DNA of 15,400 nt from an uncultured bacterium (GTDB lineage: Bacteria > Schekmanbacteria > GWA2-38-11 > J061): positions 9,165 through 24,564 of the forward strand of contig CAZJVM010000038.1 in NCBI GenBank assembly GCA_964549305.1. Reading direction: 5' to 3'. Both the position numbers and the translations under genes were made by a program. The notes below the pieces were generated by a model. That model saw only the letters and a program-made list of their open reading frames with translations, was not told where the DNA came from and did not search any database. Positions 1-7,913 of the stretch are shown piece after piece. The first letter of the stretch is position 1. Each line of letters opens with the position of its first letter.

Positions 1-259
1 TGTTCATCATCATTCCCATTCCGGACATGCCCTTCTTCATATCCATATCCTTCATATCCATATCCTTCATGGCGCCTTCGTCCATCTTCATCCCCTGCAT
101 ATCCATCTTGCCTTGCGAAGACATTCCTTTCATTCCCGACATCATATCTTCGCAGTATGCGGGGGTTAAAAGAAGAGTAAATGCAATGAAAGCTATCAGC
201 AGTGGAAGAATACAAATATTGAGGTTGGTTTTTTCTAATGTTGATCCGGAATCATACAT
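1..259 (-). CDS. Exported methionine-rich protein, 5' part (runs off the window edge); candidate Cu(I)/Ag(I)-binding protein
   Basis: Not in the ORF track. ATG at 259-257 with AAGGAGGT SD at 274-267. Translation MYDSGSTLEKTNLNICILPLLIAFIAFTLLLTPAYC-EDMMSGMKGMSSQGKMDMQGMKMDEGAMKDMDMKDMDMKKGMSGMGMMMN is open to the edge. Hydrophobic signal peptide, then 18 Met in 50 residues. Metal binding is inferred from the Met-rich tracts of CopA/PcoA/CueO/CusB-type proteins. Confidence 0.85.
   Translation of the reverse strand, partial: MYDSGSTLEKTNLNICILPLLIAFIAFTLLLTPAYCEDMMSGMKGMSSQGKMDMQGMKMDEGAMKDMDMKDMDMKKGMSGMGMMMN
35..70. repeat. 15-bp tandem repeat (cttcatatccatatc x2.4) encoding MKDMD repeats on the - strand
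   Basis: 35-49 and 50-64 are identical; 65-70 is a partial third copy; unit length is in frame. Confidence 0.9.
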
Positions 260-266
260 GAGCGCT

Positions 267-274
267 ACCTCCTT
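267..274 (-). promoter_or_regulatory. Shine-Dalgarno site for the Met-rich gene
   Basis: AAGGAGGT, 7 nt upstream of the ATG at 259. Confidence 0.85.
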
Positions 275-415
275 CATTAAAAGTTGTAACTTTAAATACG
301 GGAATGTGAATAGCTATTTTTGTGAGTTATAATATAAATATAATGTAAAAAAATATATCTGAGAATGTAAATTGTTTGGTTAATAATTTCTTATAAATTT
401 AAAAAAGGCAAATCT

Positions 416-3400
416 TTGAAAACAAAAATAAAGCTTTATCACCTGCGTTTTATTATCATTCTTTCTCTTTTATTTTTCGCGGATGTCTTCATTTCCAAGG
501 CGAATGCCATACATCTTGAGGCAGGAAGCATTTCAATCTCATTATCAGATTCCGGCATCATTTCGCACATAAGCGTCAGGGGCGAACAAATTCCCTGCGA
601 AGACTCCCCTCTCTTCAGCATAAAAAAAATGACCCGTGGTGATTCCGTTCTTTTTGCCGACAAGGCGCACCCCTTATTCTTTCACGCTAATAAATGGAAA
701 ATAAATAAAGCCGGTATGAGCGCGCTTATTAGTGAATTGACCTTAAAAGACAACACGCTGTTTTCTTCATACATAGAAATAAAAGACGCGGCAAAAATAA
801 ATATAGATATGGAAGGGTTATCTAGAGGAAGCGTAAAATCATTTACACTGATTGCAGTTTCCCAATTCGATGAGAACAGAAACGAGATAAAAGATATTAC
901 TCCTGTATCATTCAGATTCAATACGCGGGAGTCGGCAGGAGACATTCCCGCAAAAAAAAGATTTTCATTTACGCCTTCCCCCCGATGCAGGTTTATCTCC
1001 CTTTCAATCCGCCCTTCAAAAGGATTGGATATTTTTTCCTGCACGCAATTGTCCGCCTATGGAATCGGAGAGAGATTTTTTAAAAAGGTAAAAAACGGCA
1101 AAATATCCTTTGACGACGATAGAGCGGAATTTTTCGCAAATACTCCGGACTTTGAACTTTCCGCGTCCTTTTCGGCAAAGGATTCATTCATTTTGTGCCG
1201 GGGTACGTTGACTTCTGCCGGTGAAAAAGATGCTGCCGCAATAATCAGATTCTCGTTGCCTGTAATCGCGGATAACCTGATATGGCATGACACTTTATCC
1301 GCGACAAGAAAGATTGAAGGCAATGAAATCTATTCAAATACTCATAAACTTGGCAGGGAGAGGTTTTTTTCCCTTTACCCTTTTTCCTTGATTTCAAGAT
1401 ACAGAAAGGGAATTGCCTATGCCATACCGCCAATGAATCCAAGAATATTCCGCACGGGATATTCTTCCAAAGACGGATATTTTATAGAATTTGACCTTGG
1501 AATGAGTGAAGATACAGCGAAATTTCCATCTTCCGCGTCATTCTCATTCATTATCTACGGACAGGATTCCAAATGGGGGTTAAGGGAATCGGCGGATATA
1601 TTCTATTCAATTTATCCGGATGCCTTTGTAAAAAGGAATACAAAGGAAGGTATATGGTTTGCCTGGCTTGACCCAAAAAATATTTATATTCCGCAGGACT
1701 TCGGATTCATGTTTGATACCACACCGGATAAATCCCTTTATTTTGACAGATATTACGGAATCGATTCCTTTCATTATCAGGAACCTTACGGAATAGGCAT
1801 CCCGTGGAAAAATCCCTCTTCCCGGAATAGAATTCCAGAGGATGTCCCCTATGAGGAGATATTAAAGAAAGTGGAGTCGCCTTCATTTACAAAGGGGAAA
1901 GTTTTTAAAACCGCTGACGGCGAAAAGAACTTTGCGTCTGCCGCGATAGAATCGGCAATGAAGGATGAGTATGGAAGATATTATATCGGCCATTATAAAC
2001 CCTATATGGTTACCAATCCCGACCCCGAACTTCCATACGGAAAGCTTGTAACCGAAAGAGTTTCATTCAGGCAGGAGAGTGCCGAAAGTGACAACGATTC
2101 AATGGAAGGAGAATATATTGATTCTGTAGTCCCGGCATGGTGGGCGATAAAGGAAGATTATCACAAAGAGCATTTTCCTTATTCCGATATACCGCTTACT
2201 TTCAGTTATGAAACAGGGAAACCGGTATTGCTGGGCGTATTTCCCTCTTATGAGTTATATTCTGAAATTGCATCGATAACAAAACAGCACGACTCTCTTG
2301 TCCTTGCAAACACCTGGTATCCTGCTCATACATTTTATTACGGGCTTATTGATATACTCGGCGCGGGGGAATACTCAACTGACCAACCGATTGAGAATTT
2401 TCATTACCTCAGGGCAATTGCATCGGAAAAAACCCTTTCATTCATAGATAGGGGACTCGTTGAAGGAGGTCTTTCACAAAAGGAAATTGAAAAAAGATTT
2501 ATGAAATGCCTTGCCTTTGCTGTCTATCCGGGCGCGCTTCCCTTCAAAAAACCTTCCGATTACGAAAGACTTCGCCCTTTCTACAAAAAATATATTCCTC
2601 TCATAAAACTGATTTCTTCGGCAGGTTGGAAACCAATCACATATGCTTCATCGTCGCATCCGTCCCTGAACGTGGAAAGATACGGAAATCCCGGTGACCT
2701 GTTGTTTTTTACAATATACAATCCCACAAAAAAGGAGATTTCATTCGCCTTCGGGACTGACAGCACGTTGTTTGATAAGGGGAAGACCGAACCTCTTTAC
2801 TGTTATGATATTATTTCAGGCGCTGTGAAAAAGTTCAAATCAATAGGGAAAAAGAAAATAGTCAATCTTTCCCTTTCGCCTCAAGAAACAATTGTAATTC
2901 AGGCAGGTACACAAAACAGCATAATCGCCGCGAAACTCATACTTGCGGGATATTCATCGCAATCTCTCGGAAGTTTTTACATTGAACCTTCAGATGAAAA
3001 CAATCTTTTAAAAAATATCTCACCACAAAAGAACACAGAGTTTGAATACGATGACACATCACCTTACATAAGCGGAGTTAAAATCGAAAATGAAAAATCA
3101 TCGGATAAATCAACCTTCCGGCTTGGGGCAATTCCAAAAGTGAGAAAAACGGATTACAGAATTGATATTGAATATACAACAGAAGAAAAGAAAGAGAAGC
3201 GTGATACTTATATTTCGAAGTTCTATTGTCTTCTTTATTCCGCGGCAAGATTTTTATCCCGAAAAAGCCTTCCCGATATTACTGTCGGGGCGCTTATAAC
3301 CGACTATGAAGGAAAACTGATAAAAAACCGCGGACTCAACATGGAAGAATTGAGAGAAGCGCGGGAAAAAACTGTAATATCAAGAAATTTCTATGTCCCC

Positions 3401-3811
3401 GCGGAAAGCGGAAAGATAAATATAGTATTTCAAGTTCAGTCTGACTTCCATATTCTGCATCTGAAAAATGTAAAATTATACGCCGAAGGCAATGCTTACG
3501 CCCTTTCTGTAAGGGATGAAACGGAAAAATCTATAAACAGGGAAATAAAGGAATTTTACGCCGCGCATTCTTCACGAATATTTTTCAAAAATCTCTCGAA
3601 AAAACTAGTTTCAGGCGAATCCACTTTCGAAGAAGTGACGAGTTTTCTGCAGTCGCTTTCCAAAAAAGGGATGGAGCATATGTCAAAGATAAAGAAACTG
3701 AACGAGAAAATCAAAGGACAGAACAGGGCGGTTAACGATTACATTATTCGTTTTACCGCTTTTATGGAAGAATTGAATTCCATCAAACTTGCTTCGCGCA
3801 ATTATAAGTAG
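416..3811 (+). CDS. Large secreted multidomain protein, putative glycoside hydrolase (beta-sandwich plus TIM-barrel core, CBM-like modules)
   Basis: 1131-aa ORF, TTG start. Signal peptide (KLYHLRFIIILSLLFFADVFISKANA, AxA site). Aromatic-rich core with GEYIDS and DILGAGE, resembling the Asp nucleophile and Glu acid/base strands of retaining TIM-barrel GHs. VERYG..LFFTIYN resembles a post-barrel beta-domain. The family call is inference. Confidence 0.6.
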   Translation: MKTKIKLYHLRFIIILSLLFFADVFISKANAIHLEAGSISISLSDSGIISHISVRGEQIPCEDSPLFSIKKMTRGDSVLFADKAHPLFFHANKWKINKAGMSALISELTLKDNTLFSSYIEIKDAAKINIDMEGLSRGSVKSFTLIAVSQFDENRNEIKDITPVSFRFNTRESAGDIPAKKRFSFTPSPRCRFISLSIRPSKGLDIFSCTQLSAYGIGERFFKKVKNGKISFDDDRAEFFANTPDFELSASFSAKDSFILCRGTLTSAGEKDAAAIIRFSLPVIADNLIWHDTLSATRKIEGNEIYSNTHKLGRERFFSLYPFSLISRYRKGIAYAIPPMNPRIFRTGYSSKDGYFIEFDLGMSEDTAKFPSSASFSFIIYGQDSKWGLRESADIFYSIYPDAFVKRNTKEGIWFAWLDPKNIYIPQDFGFMFDTTPDKSLYFDRYYGIDSFHYQEPYGIGIPWKNPSSRNRIPEDVPYEEILKKVESPSFTKGKVFKTADGEKNFASAAIESAMKDEYGRYYIGHYKPYMVTNPDPELPYGKLVTERVSFRQESAESDNDSMEGEYIDSVVPAWWAIKEDYHKEHFPYSDIPLTFSYETGKPVLLGVFPSYELYSEIASITKQHDSLVLANTWYPAHTFYYGLIDILGAGEYSTDQPIENFHYLRAIASEKTLSFIDRGLVEGGLSQKEIEKRFMKCLAFAVYPGALPFKKPSDYERLRPFYKKYIPLIKLISSAGWKPITYASSSHPSLNVERYGNPGDLLFFTIYNPTKKEISFAFGTDSTLFDKGKTEPLYCYDIISGAVKKFKSIGKKKIVNLSLSPQETIVIQAGTQNSIIAAKLILAGYSSQSLGSFYIEPSDENNLLKNISPQKNTEFEYDDTSPYISGVKIENEKSSDKSTFRLGAIPKVRKTDYRIDIEYTTEEKKEKRDTYISKFYCLLYSAARFLSRKSLPDITVGALITDYEGKLIKNRGLNMEELREAREKTVISRNFYVPAESGKINIVFQVQSDFHILHLKNVKLYAEGNAYALSVRDETEKSINREIKEFYAAHSSRIFFKNLSKKLVSGESTFEEVTSFLQSLSKKGMEHMSKIKKLNEKIKGQNRAVNDYIIRFTAFMEELNSIKLASRNYK

Positions 3812-3822
3812 GCGTCTGTCTT

Positions 3823-5505
3823 CTACGGAGATATTTTTTCACCGTTTACGGAAAGTTCCATTAAATTGCCTTCATTGCCGTATTTCCTTTTTATCATCGC
3901 TTTTCCCGAAGATGGCAATTTCGCAAGAAGTTGCGATTTATCGATTTTAAAGGGTTTCACCATAAGGTCGCCTTCAATAAAATAGCGTGAAGACGGCACG
4001 TATATGTCAGATGACTTTTCTTCAAACAAAAGATATTCTATCTTTCCGGGATTTGATATCTCATCATCTATGAGCAGGGAATCGTCTCGCGCTGTGATTT
4101 TTCTCCTGAAACCTACGTCCGATTCTTTGAAGCTTGTTATAAGAATGTCTCTCAGTTTCTCCTTCATAAAGAGCCCTGTCTTTTCGCTTTTTCCCGCAGT
4201 AAGTTGAAAAAGGCGAAGCAGAATATTTTTGCCGGGGTTCATTACATTATTTTTCAGCAATCTGCATATTCCTTCGCTTTGCGCGCTTTGGCTTTCACAG
4301 TTAACTGAATAAGATTTGTTCAATACTCCCGAAGAAAAAGGTTTGCCGTTAACGTCTATTCCCATAATTCCGCTGTCTGTGACATTTCTGCCGTTTTTTC
4401 TGAAAACCGCTTTAAAAGCTCCGCCTTTTTTTAAATTCGAAACAAGATAATATGACTTGTTGCTGTGAATGTATATCCCGCAATCCTCATAAAACCTGTC
4501 GAAATATTCGTCGCAGGGCATCAAAGACGGCGAAACGTATTGCCCGTCTTCGGCGAATGCCTGAAGATAAGTATATGCGATATATGAAAGATACCTGTCA
4601 TCAAAATTTTGAAGAAGTACCATTGATTTTCTCTCAACAGACTTTCTCACAAACCTTGCTATTGCCGATGCCTTCGAGTTGAGTGATGAAAATATCTCGA
4701 AACCGTGAGGAATAATGTATTCCGTGTTTCTGCTGGCAAATACTCCGCCTGATGAAAAGTCCGGAAAGAAGAAATGCGAAATAAATCCAACGGCTTTTTC
4801 AATCGTTGCTGAAAGTTCATCTGATGGATTTTTTTGATAATATTTACACAGGTAGTCAATCATCAGGGAAAGATAACCTATATCTGGACCGCCGTATTCA
4901 TCAAACCATCCCTCGCTCTTCTGCCTGGCGCATATAAATTTTATCTTCTCTTGCGACGCATCTTTATAAATTTCGTTTCCGCTAAGAAGATAAACATTGT
5001 AAAGAGCGATTGCCGCGCCTGATTGCTGATTAAGCACCCTTCCCTCGTCCTTGTCCATTAGAAACCTGGCAGTCCTGAGAATTTCCTTTTCAGGCCATTC
5101 TTTAATATTCAGGTGCTTTTTCAATAGCAGGGAATGCTCCGACACAGCATAAAGAGTGAATGCCGACGCGACGAAACTGCTTTCATTTGGATACCATTCA
5201 TTGAACGAGCCGTTGCCGTTTTGAATTTTTTTCCAAAAATCAACTGCCCCTCTGCTCGCGTCAAATATTGATTTATTATTTTTGAAAGGATTTGATTCGC
5301 TCTTTGCAAGATATAGCCAAAGTAAAGTGAGACAGCTTTCCTGACACCTTGACGCGGGAGTATCGCAAGTATTGTAATGCCAGTATTGCCTGTCAAAACA
5401 TCCATATGTATCAGAGAGGGTATTCCTGTCAGCCAAACCGAGAAGCCTGTATGCCTGGCTCAACACGCTGTTCAGATATATTATCCTGCCCGGATCCTTA
5501 TCCAA
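3823..5505 (-). CDS. Conserved hypothetical protein, predicted (alpha/alpha)-toroid plus beta-sandwich (heparinase II/III-like or epimerase/lyase-like)
   Basis: 560 aa, TTG start with AGGAG SD at 5518-5514, 8-bp overlap with the upstream gene. Motifs GCFDRQYWHY, QNGNGSFNEWYP, NQQSGAA, QKSEGWFDEYGGPDIGY (Q-x-x-[DE]-G-x-[FW] helix-capping repeats). FYEDCGIYI..YYLV resembles the start of a beta-domain. No signal peptide. Confidence 0.6.
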   Translation of the reverse strand: MDKDPGRIIYLNSVLSQAYRLLGLADRNTLSDTYGCFDRQYWHYNTCDTPASRCQESCLTLLWLYLAKSESNPFKNNKSIFDASRGAVDFWKKIQNGNGSFNEWYPNESSFVASAFTLYAVSEHSLLLKKHLNIKEWPEKEILRTARFLMDKDEGRVLNQQSGAAIALYNVYLLSGNEIYKDASQEKIKFICARQKSEGWFDEYGGPDIGYLSLMIDYLCKYYQKNPSDELSATIEKAVGFISHFFFPDFSSGGVFASRNTEYIIPHGFEIFSSLNSKASAIARFVRKSVERKSMVLLQNFDDRYLSYIAYTYLQAFAEDGQYVSPSLMPCDEYFDRFYEDCGIYIHSNKSYYLVSNLKKGGAFKAVFRKNGRNVTDSGIMGIDVNGKPFSSGVLNKSYSVNCESQSAQSEGICRLLKNNVMNPGKNILLRLFQLTAGKSEKTGLFMKEKLRDILITSFKESDVGFRRKITARDDSLLIDDEISNPGKIEYLLFEEKSSDIYVPSSRYFIEGDLMVKPFKIDKSQLLAKLPSSGKAMIKRKYGNEGNLMELSVNGEKISP

Positions 5506-6724
5506 TTTTCTTTCTCCTAAGCACTCTTGACGAAACCGTAAAGATAAATAAGGGAAGATATTTGAAGATTCCTCTAATCAACCCCCGCAATCTGTAAAGG
5601 CGGAAAAAAGTCCTGTCAAACGGGATAGTTGCGGCATCTTCAAGAACCCGCGGATAATTCACGAATTTTGGAAATGTTTCCCCTGACAGCATTATTCTTC
5701 TTACCGCGCCTCTTTTTTTAAAATCAATTACAAAATGATGAGAATCGATTATCATTTCAGCGTCTGCGTCTTCAAGAATCAATCCGGTTTTATGAAGAAG
5801 ATTTTTCGCCTTTTTGTTTCTTATTATAACCGAATTCCATCCTCCCTCTCCTTTTTTATACCACGCGTCACCGAATGATATGTCGGACATCTCGGCTGAA
5901 TAGTCCGGGCATGTGGAACAGCGATGGGGAAGATATAAATAATTAAGAAGACTGTAATCCTCCTTTGCCGTAAACCTTTTTCTTCCTTCCTTATCCTCTA
6001 TGAGAAATCCTCCGGGCCAATTTCCCGCGCGGTATCTGATATCTTTTAAGGGCCTTTTCCCCATTCCCATCTTTCGAACCAAAAAATCCGTTGCGCCTCT
6101 CTCCATATTAAAACCGCAAAAAAGACCTACGCGAAGATAAATTTTTTCCCTTAAACTCTTTATCTCCTTTTCCGCTTTTCTGATACCGTGCATATGGCAG
6201 GGAAGTCCCGCAACAGCAATCTTTTCACAATCACCTATCTCCTGCAAAAGGCGGTTTACCATAACGGGCTGATATTTCGATTGCCTGCCCGCGTCGATAT
6301 CTTCAACAGTTTTTGCGAGTACCGGATAGGCATCATAAGGGTATTCCTTATTCATACCCACTGTGAATACGGCATCCACTTCATTGGATTTCAGAAGATA
6401 TTTCAGAAGGGATGAAACCGCGCCTCCTGATGATGAATTTTCCCTGTGAGAGGTATCTTTTGATTTAGCGGACATTATCGAATGATAATAACCGATTAGA
6501 GGATTGTGAAGAAATTCCCGTTCTTCTTCCGGCAAAGGAAACTCCACATATTTTCCGGGACAGACCCTTTTACAAAGTCCGCATCCGGTACATTTCGCTT
6601 TATCCCATACGAAAGGAAATCCATTCCTGTCTTCGACTATAATTTTCTCAGGGCAAACTCCTTCGCAAGTACCGCACCTGGCACACAAATAATCGGGCAG
6701 GATTTTACCTGTTTTTTCATCCAT
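5498..6724 (-). CDS. Coenzyme F420 hydrogenase/dehydrogenase beta subunit (FrhB/FdhB) family Fe-S flavoprotein with N-terminal 2[4Fe-4S] domain
   Basis: CARCGTCEGVCP and CTGCGLCKRVCP ferredoxin motifs. FrhB family motifs SSSGGAVS, QSKY, GLPCH, GLFCG, YRAGNWPG, RCSTCPDYSAEMSDISFGDAW. Confidence 0.92.
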   Translation of the reverse strand: MDEKTGKILPDYLCARCGTCEGVCPEKIIVEDRNGFPFVWDKAKCTGCGLCKRVCPGKYVEFPLPEEEREFLHNPLIGYYHSIMSAKSKDTSHRENSSSGGAVSSLLKYLLKSNEVDAVFTVGMNKEYPYDAYPVLAKTVEDIDAGRQSKYQPVMVNRLLQEIGDCEKIAVAGLPCHMHGIRKAEKEIKSLREKIYLRVGLFCGFNMERGATDFLVRKMGMGKRPLKDIRYRAGNWPGGFLIEDKEGRKRFTAKEDYSLLNYLYLPHRCSTCPDYSAEMSDISFGDAWYKKGEGGWNSVIIRNKKAKNLLHKTGLILEDADAEMIIDSHHFVIDFKKRGAVRRIMLSGETFPKFVNYPRVLEDAATIPFDRTFFRLYRLRGLIRGIFKYLPLFIFTVSSRVLRRKKIG

Positions 6725-6827
6725 ATGACTGATGATAAACTCTTTTATCTAAAAATTAAATATTTATAATCCGGATGATGATATGACCGCCGACAGGAAG
6801 CAAATAATGAAGGGATAATATATGCCT

Positions 6828-7820
6828 TTAAGGATTTTTCTTCAGCACTTCCTTTACGAAATTATCTCCGCTTTCATTCATATCTTTTGAATTTTTAACG
6901 GTCATCACCTCTGCAAGAAGTCCCATGGAAATAAACTGGATTCCCACTATAATAAGAAGCACACCGAGAGACAAAAGCGGTCTGTCCCTCAACTCCCATA
7001 CTTTTACATCATAAATGAGAAATAGTACGTGCCTTATTAAAAGGATAAGGTTGATAACTAATCCGGCACCTGAAACGAGAAGTCCTATGCCCCCGAAAAA
7101 ATGAAGAGGTTTCCAACGGTATCTTGTAAGAAGCACAACCGTAAGCATATCAAGAAACCCCCTTGTAAATCTTTCCAACCCATACTTTGATGAACCGAAC
7201 TTCCTCGAGTTGTGTTTGACCACTACCTCACCACACCTGAATCCCAGTCTTGCCGCGAGGACGGGAATATATCTGTGCAACTCTCCGTATATGGAAATAC
7301 TGTCAATTACTTCCCTCTTATACGCCTTGAATCCGCAGTTGAAGTCGTGAAGCGCTATACCGGTTACCAAGGAAATAACTCGATTAAATATTTTTGAAGG
7401 AATCACTTTTGTAAAAGGGTCGTTTCTTTTTTTCTTCCATCCCGAAACAAGGTCGTAACCCTCATCCAGTTTTTTTAAAAAAAGCGGTATCTCCGAAGGT
7501 TCATCCTGAAGGTCCGCGTCCATAGTAAATACTATATCTCCCGATGCGGCATTGAATCCCACAGAAAGCGCCCACGCCTTGCCAACATTTCTCCTTAAAG
7601 TGATAACCGTTACGGCATTATCCCGCTCGTGAATTTCACGAAGCTTCGAAAACGATGAATCGGAGCTTCCGTCATCCACAAAGATAATTTCATACTCCGT
7701 TTTCAGCTTCAAAAGCGCTTCTGTCAGTCTTTCATAAAGTTCCGGTATGCTCCCCTCTTCATTATAAAGGGGAATTACGACCGTAAGTTTTTTACCCTCT
7801 GATAATTGGTTGCCGTTCAC
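6828..7820 (-). CDS. GT2 polyprenyl-phosphate glycosyltransferase (ArnC/GtrB/DPM-synthase-like)
   Basis: VVIPLYNEE, EIIFVDDGSSD, RNVGKAWAL, MDADLQD (DxD), DFNCGFKAY, GELHRYIP, GSSKYG; two C-terminal TM helices; GTG start. Confidence 0.93.
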   Translation of the reverse strand: MNGNQLSEGKKLTVVIPLYNEEGSIPELYERLTEALLKLKTEYEIIFVDDGSSDSSFSKLREIHERDNAVTVITLRRNVGKAWALSVGFNAASGDIVFTMDADLQDEPSEIPLFLKKLDEGYDLVSGWKKKRNDPFTKVIPSKIFNRVISLVTGIALHDFNCGFKAYKREVIDSISIYGELHRYIPVLAARLGFRCGEVVVKHNSRKFGSSKYGLERFTRGFLDMLTVVLLTRYRWKPLHFFGGIGLLVSGAGLVINLILLIRHVLFLIYDVKVWELRDRPLLSLGVLLIIVGIQFISMGLLAEVMTVKNSKDMNESGDNFVKEVLKKNP

Positions 7821-7883
7821 GAATTACTATAATCTCCCATACTACGCTTTTACAGTTGATTTAAACACAGTCTGTCTTCTCCT

Positions 7884-7913
7884 TCAAGAAACCTTTGGCT
7901 GTCTATTGCTCAT
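7884..7913 (-). pseudogene. Possible N-terminal stub of a deleted GT2 gene (MSNRQPKVS*)
   Basis: ATG overlaps the GT-C stop (ATGA at 7913-7910). PKVS is the typical GT2 opening (PKVSVIIP), cut immediately by TGA. Confidence 0.35.

Noticed and set aside
27-332. 101-aa + strand ORF (MPFFISISFISISF...)
   Set aside because: Antisense shadow of the Met-rich gene; its low complexity mirrors ATG/GAT/AAG codons, and the - strand has the SD and signal peptide.
439-2766. Short ORFs inside the 1131-aa gene (439..663, 682..1044, 1057..1323, 1245..1442, 2506..2697, 2581..2766)
   Set aside because: Fully nested in a long coding frame, with no recognisable motifs.
5498-6724. Calling this gene frhB of an F420-reducing hydrogenase
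   Set aside because: No large or small hydrogenase subunit or maturation genes nearby; the context is glycan biosynthesis.
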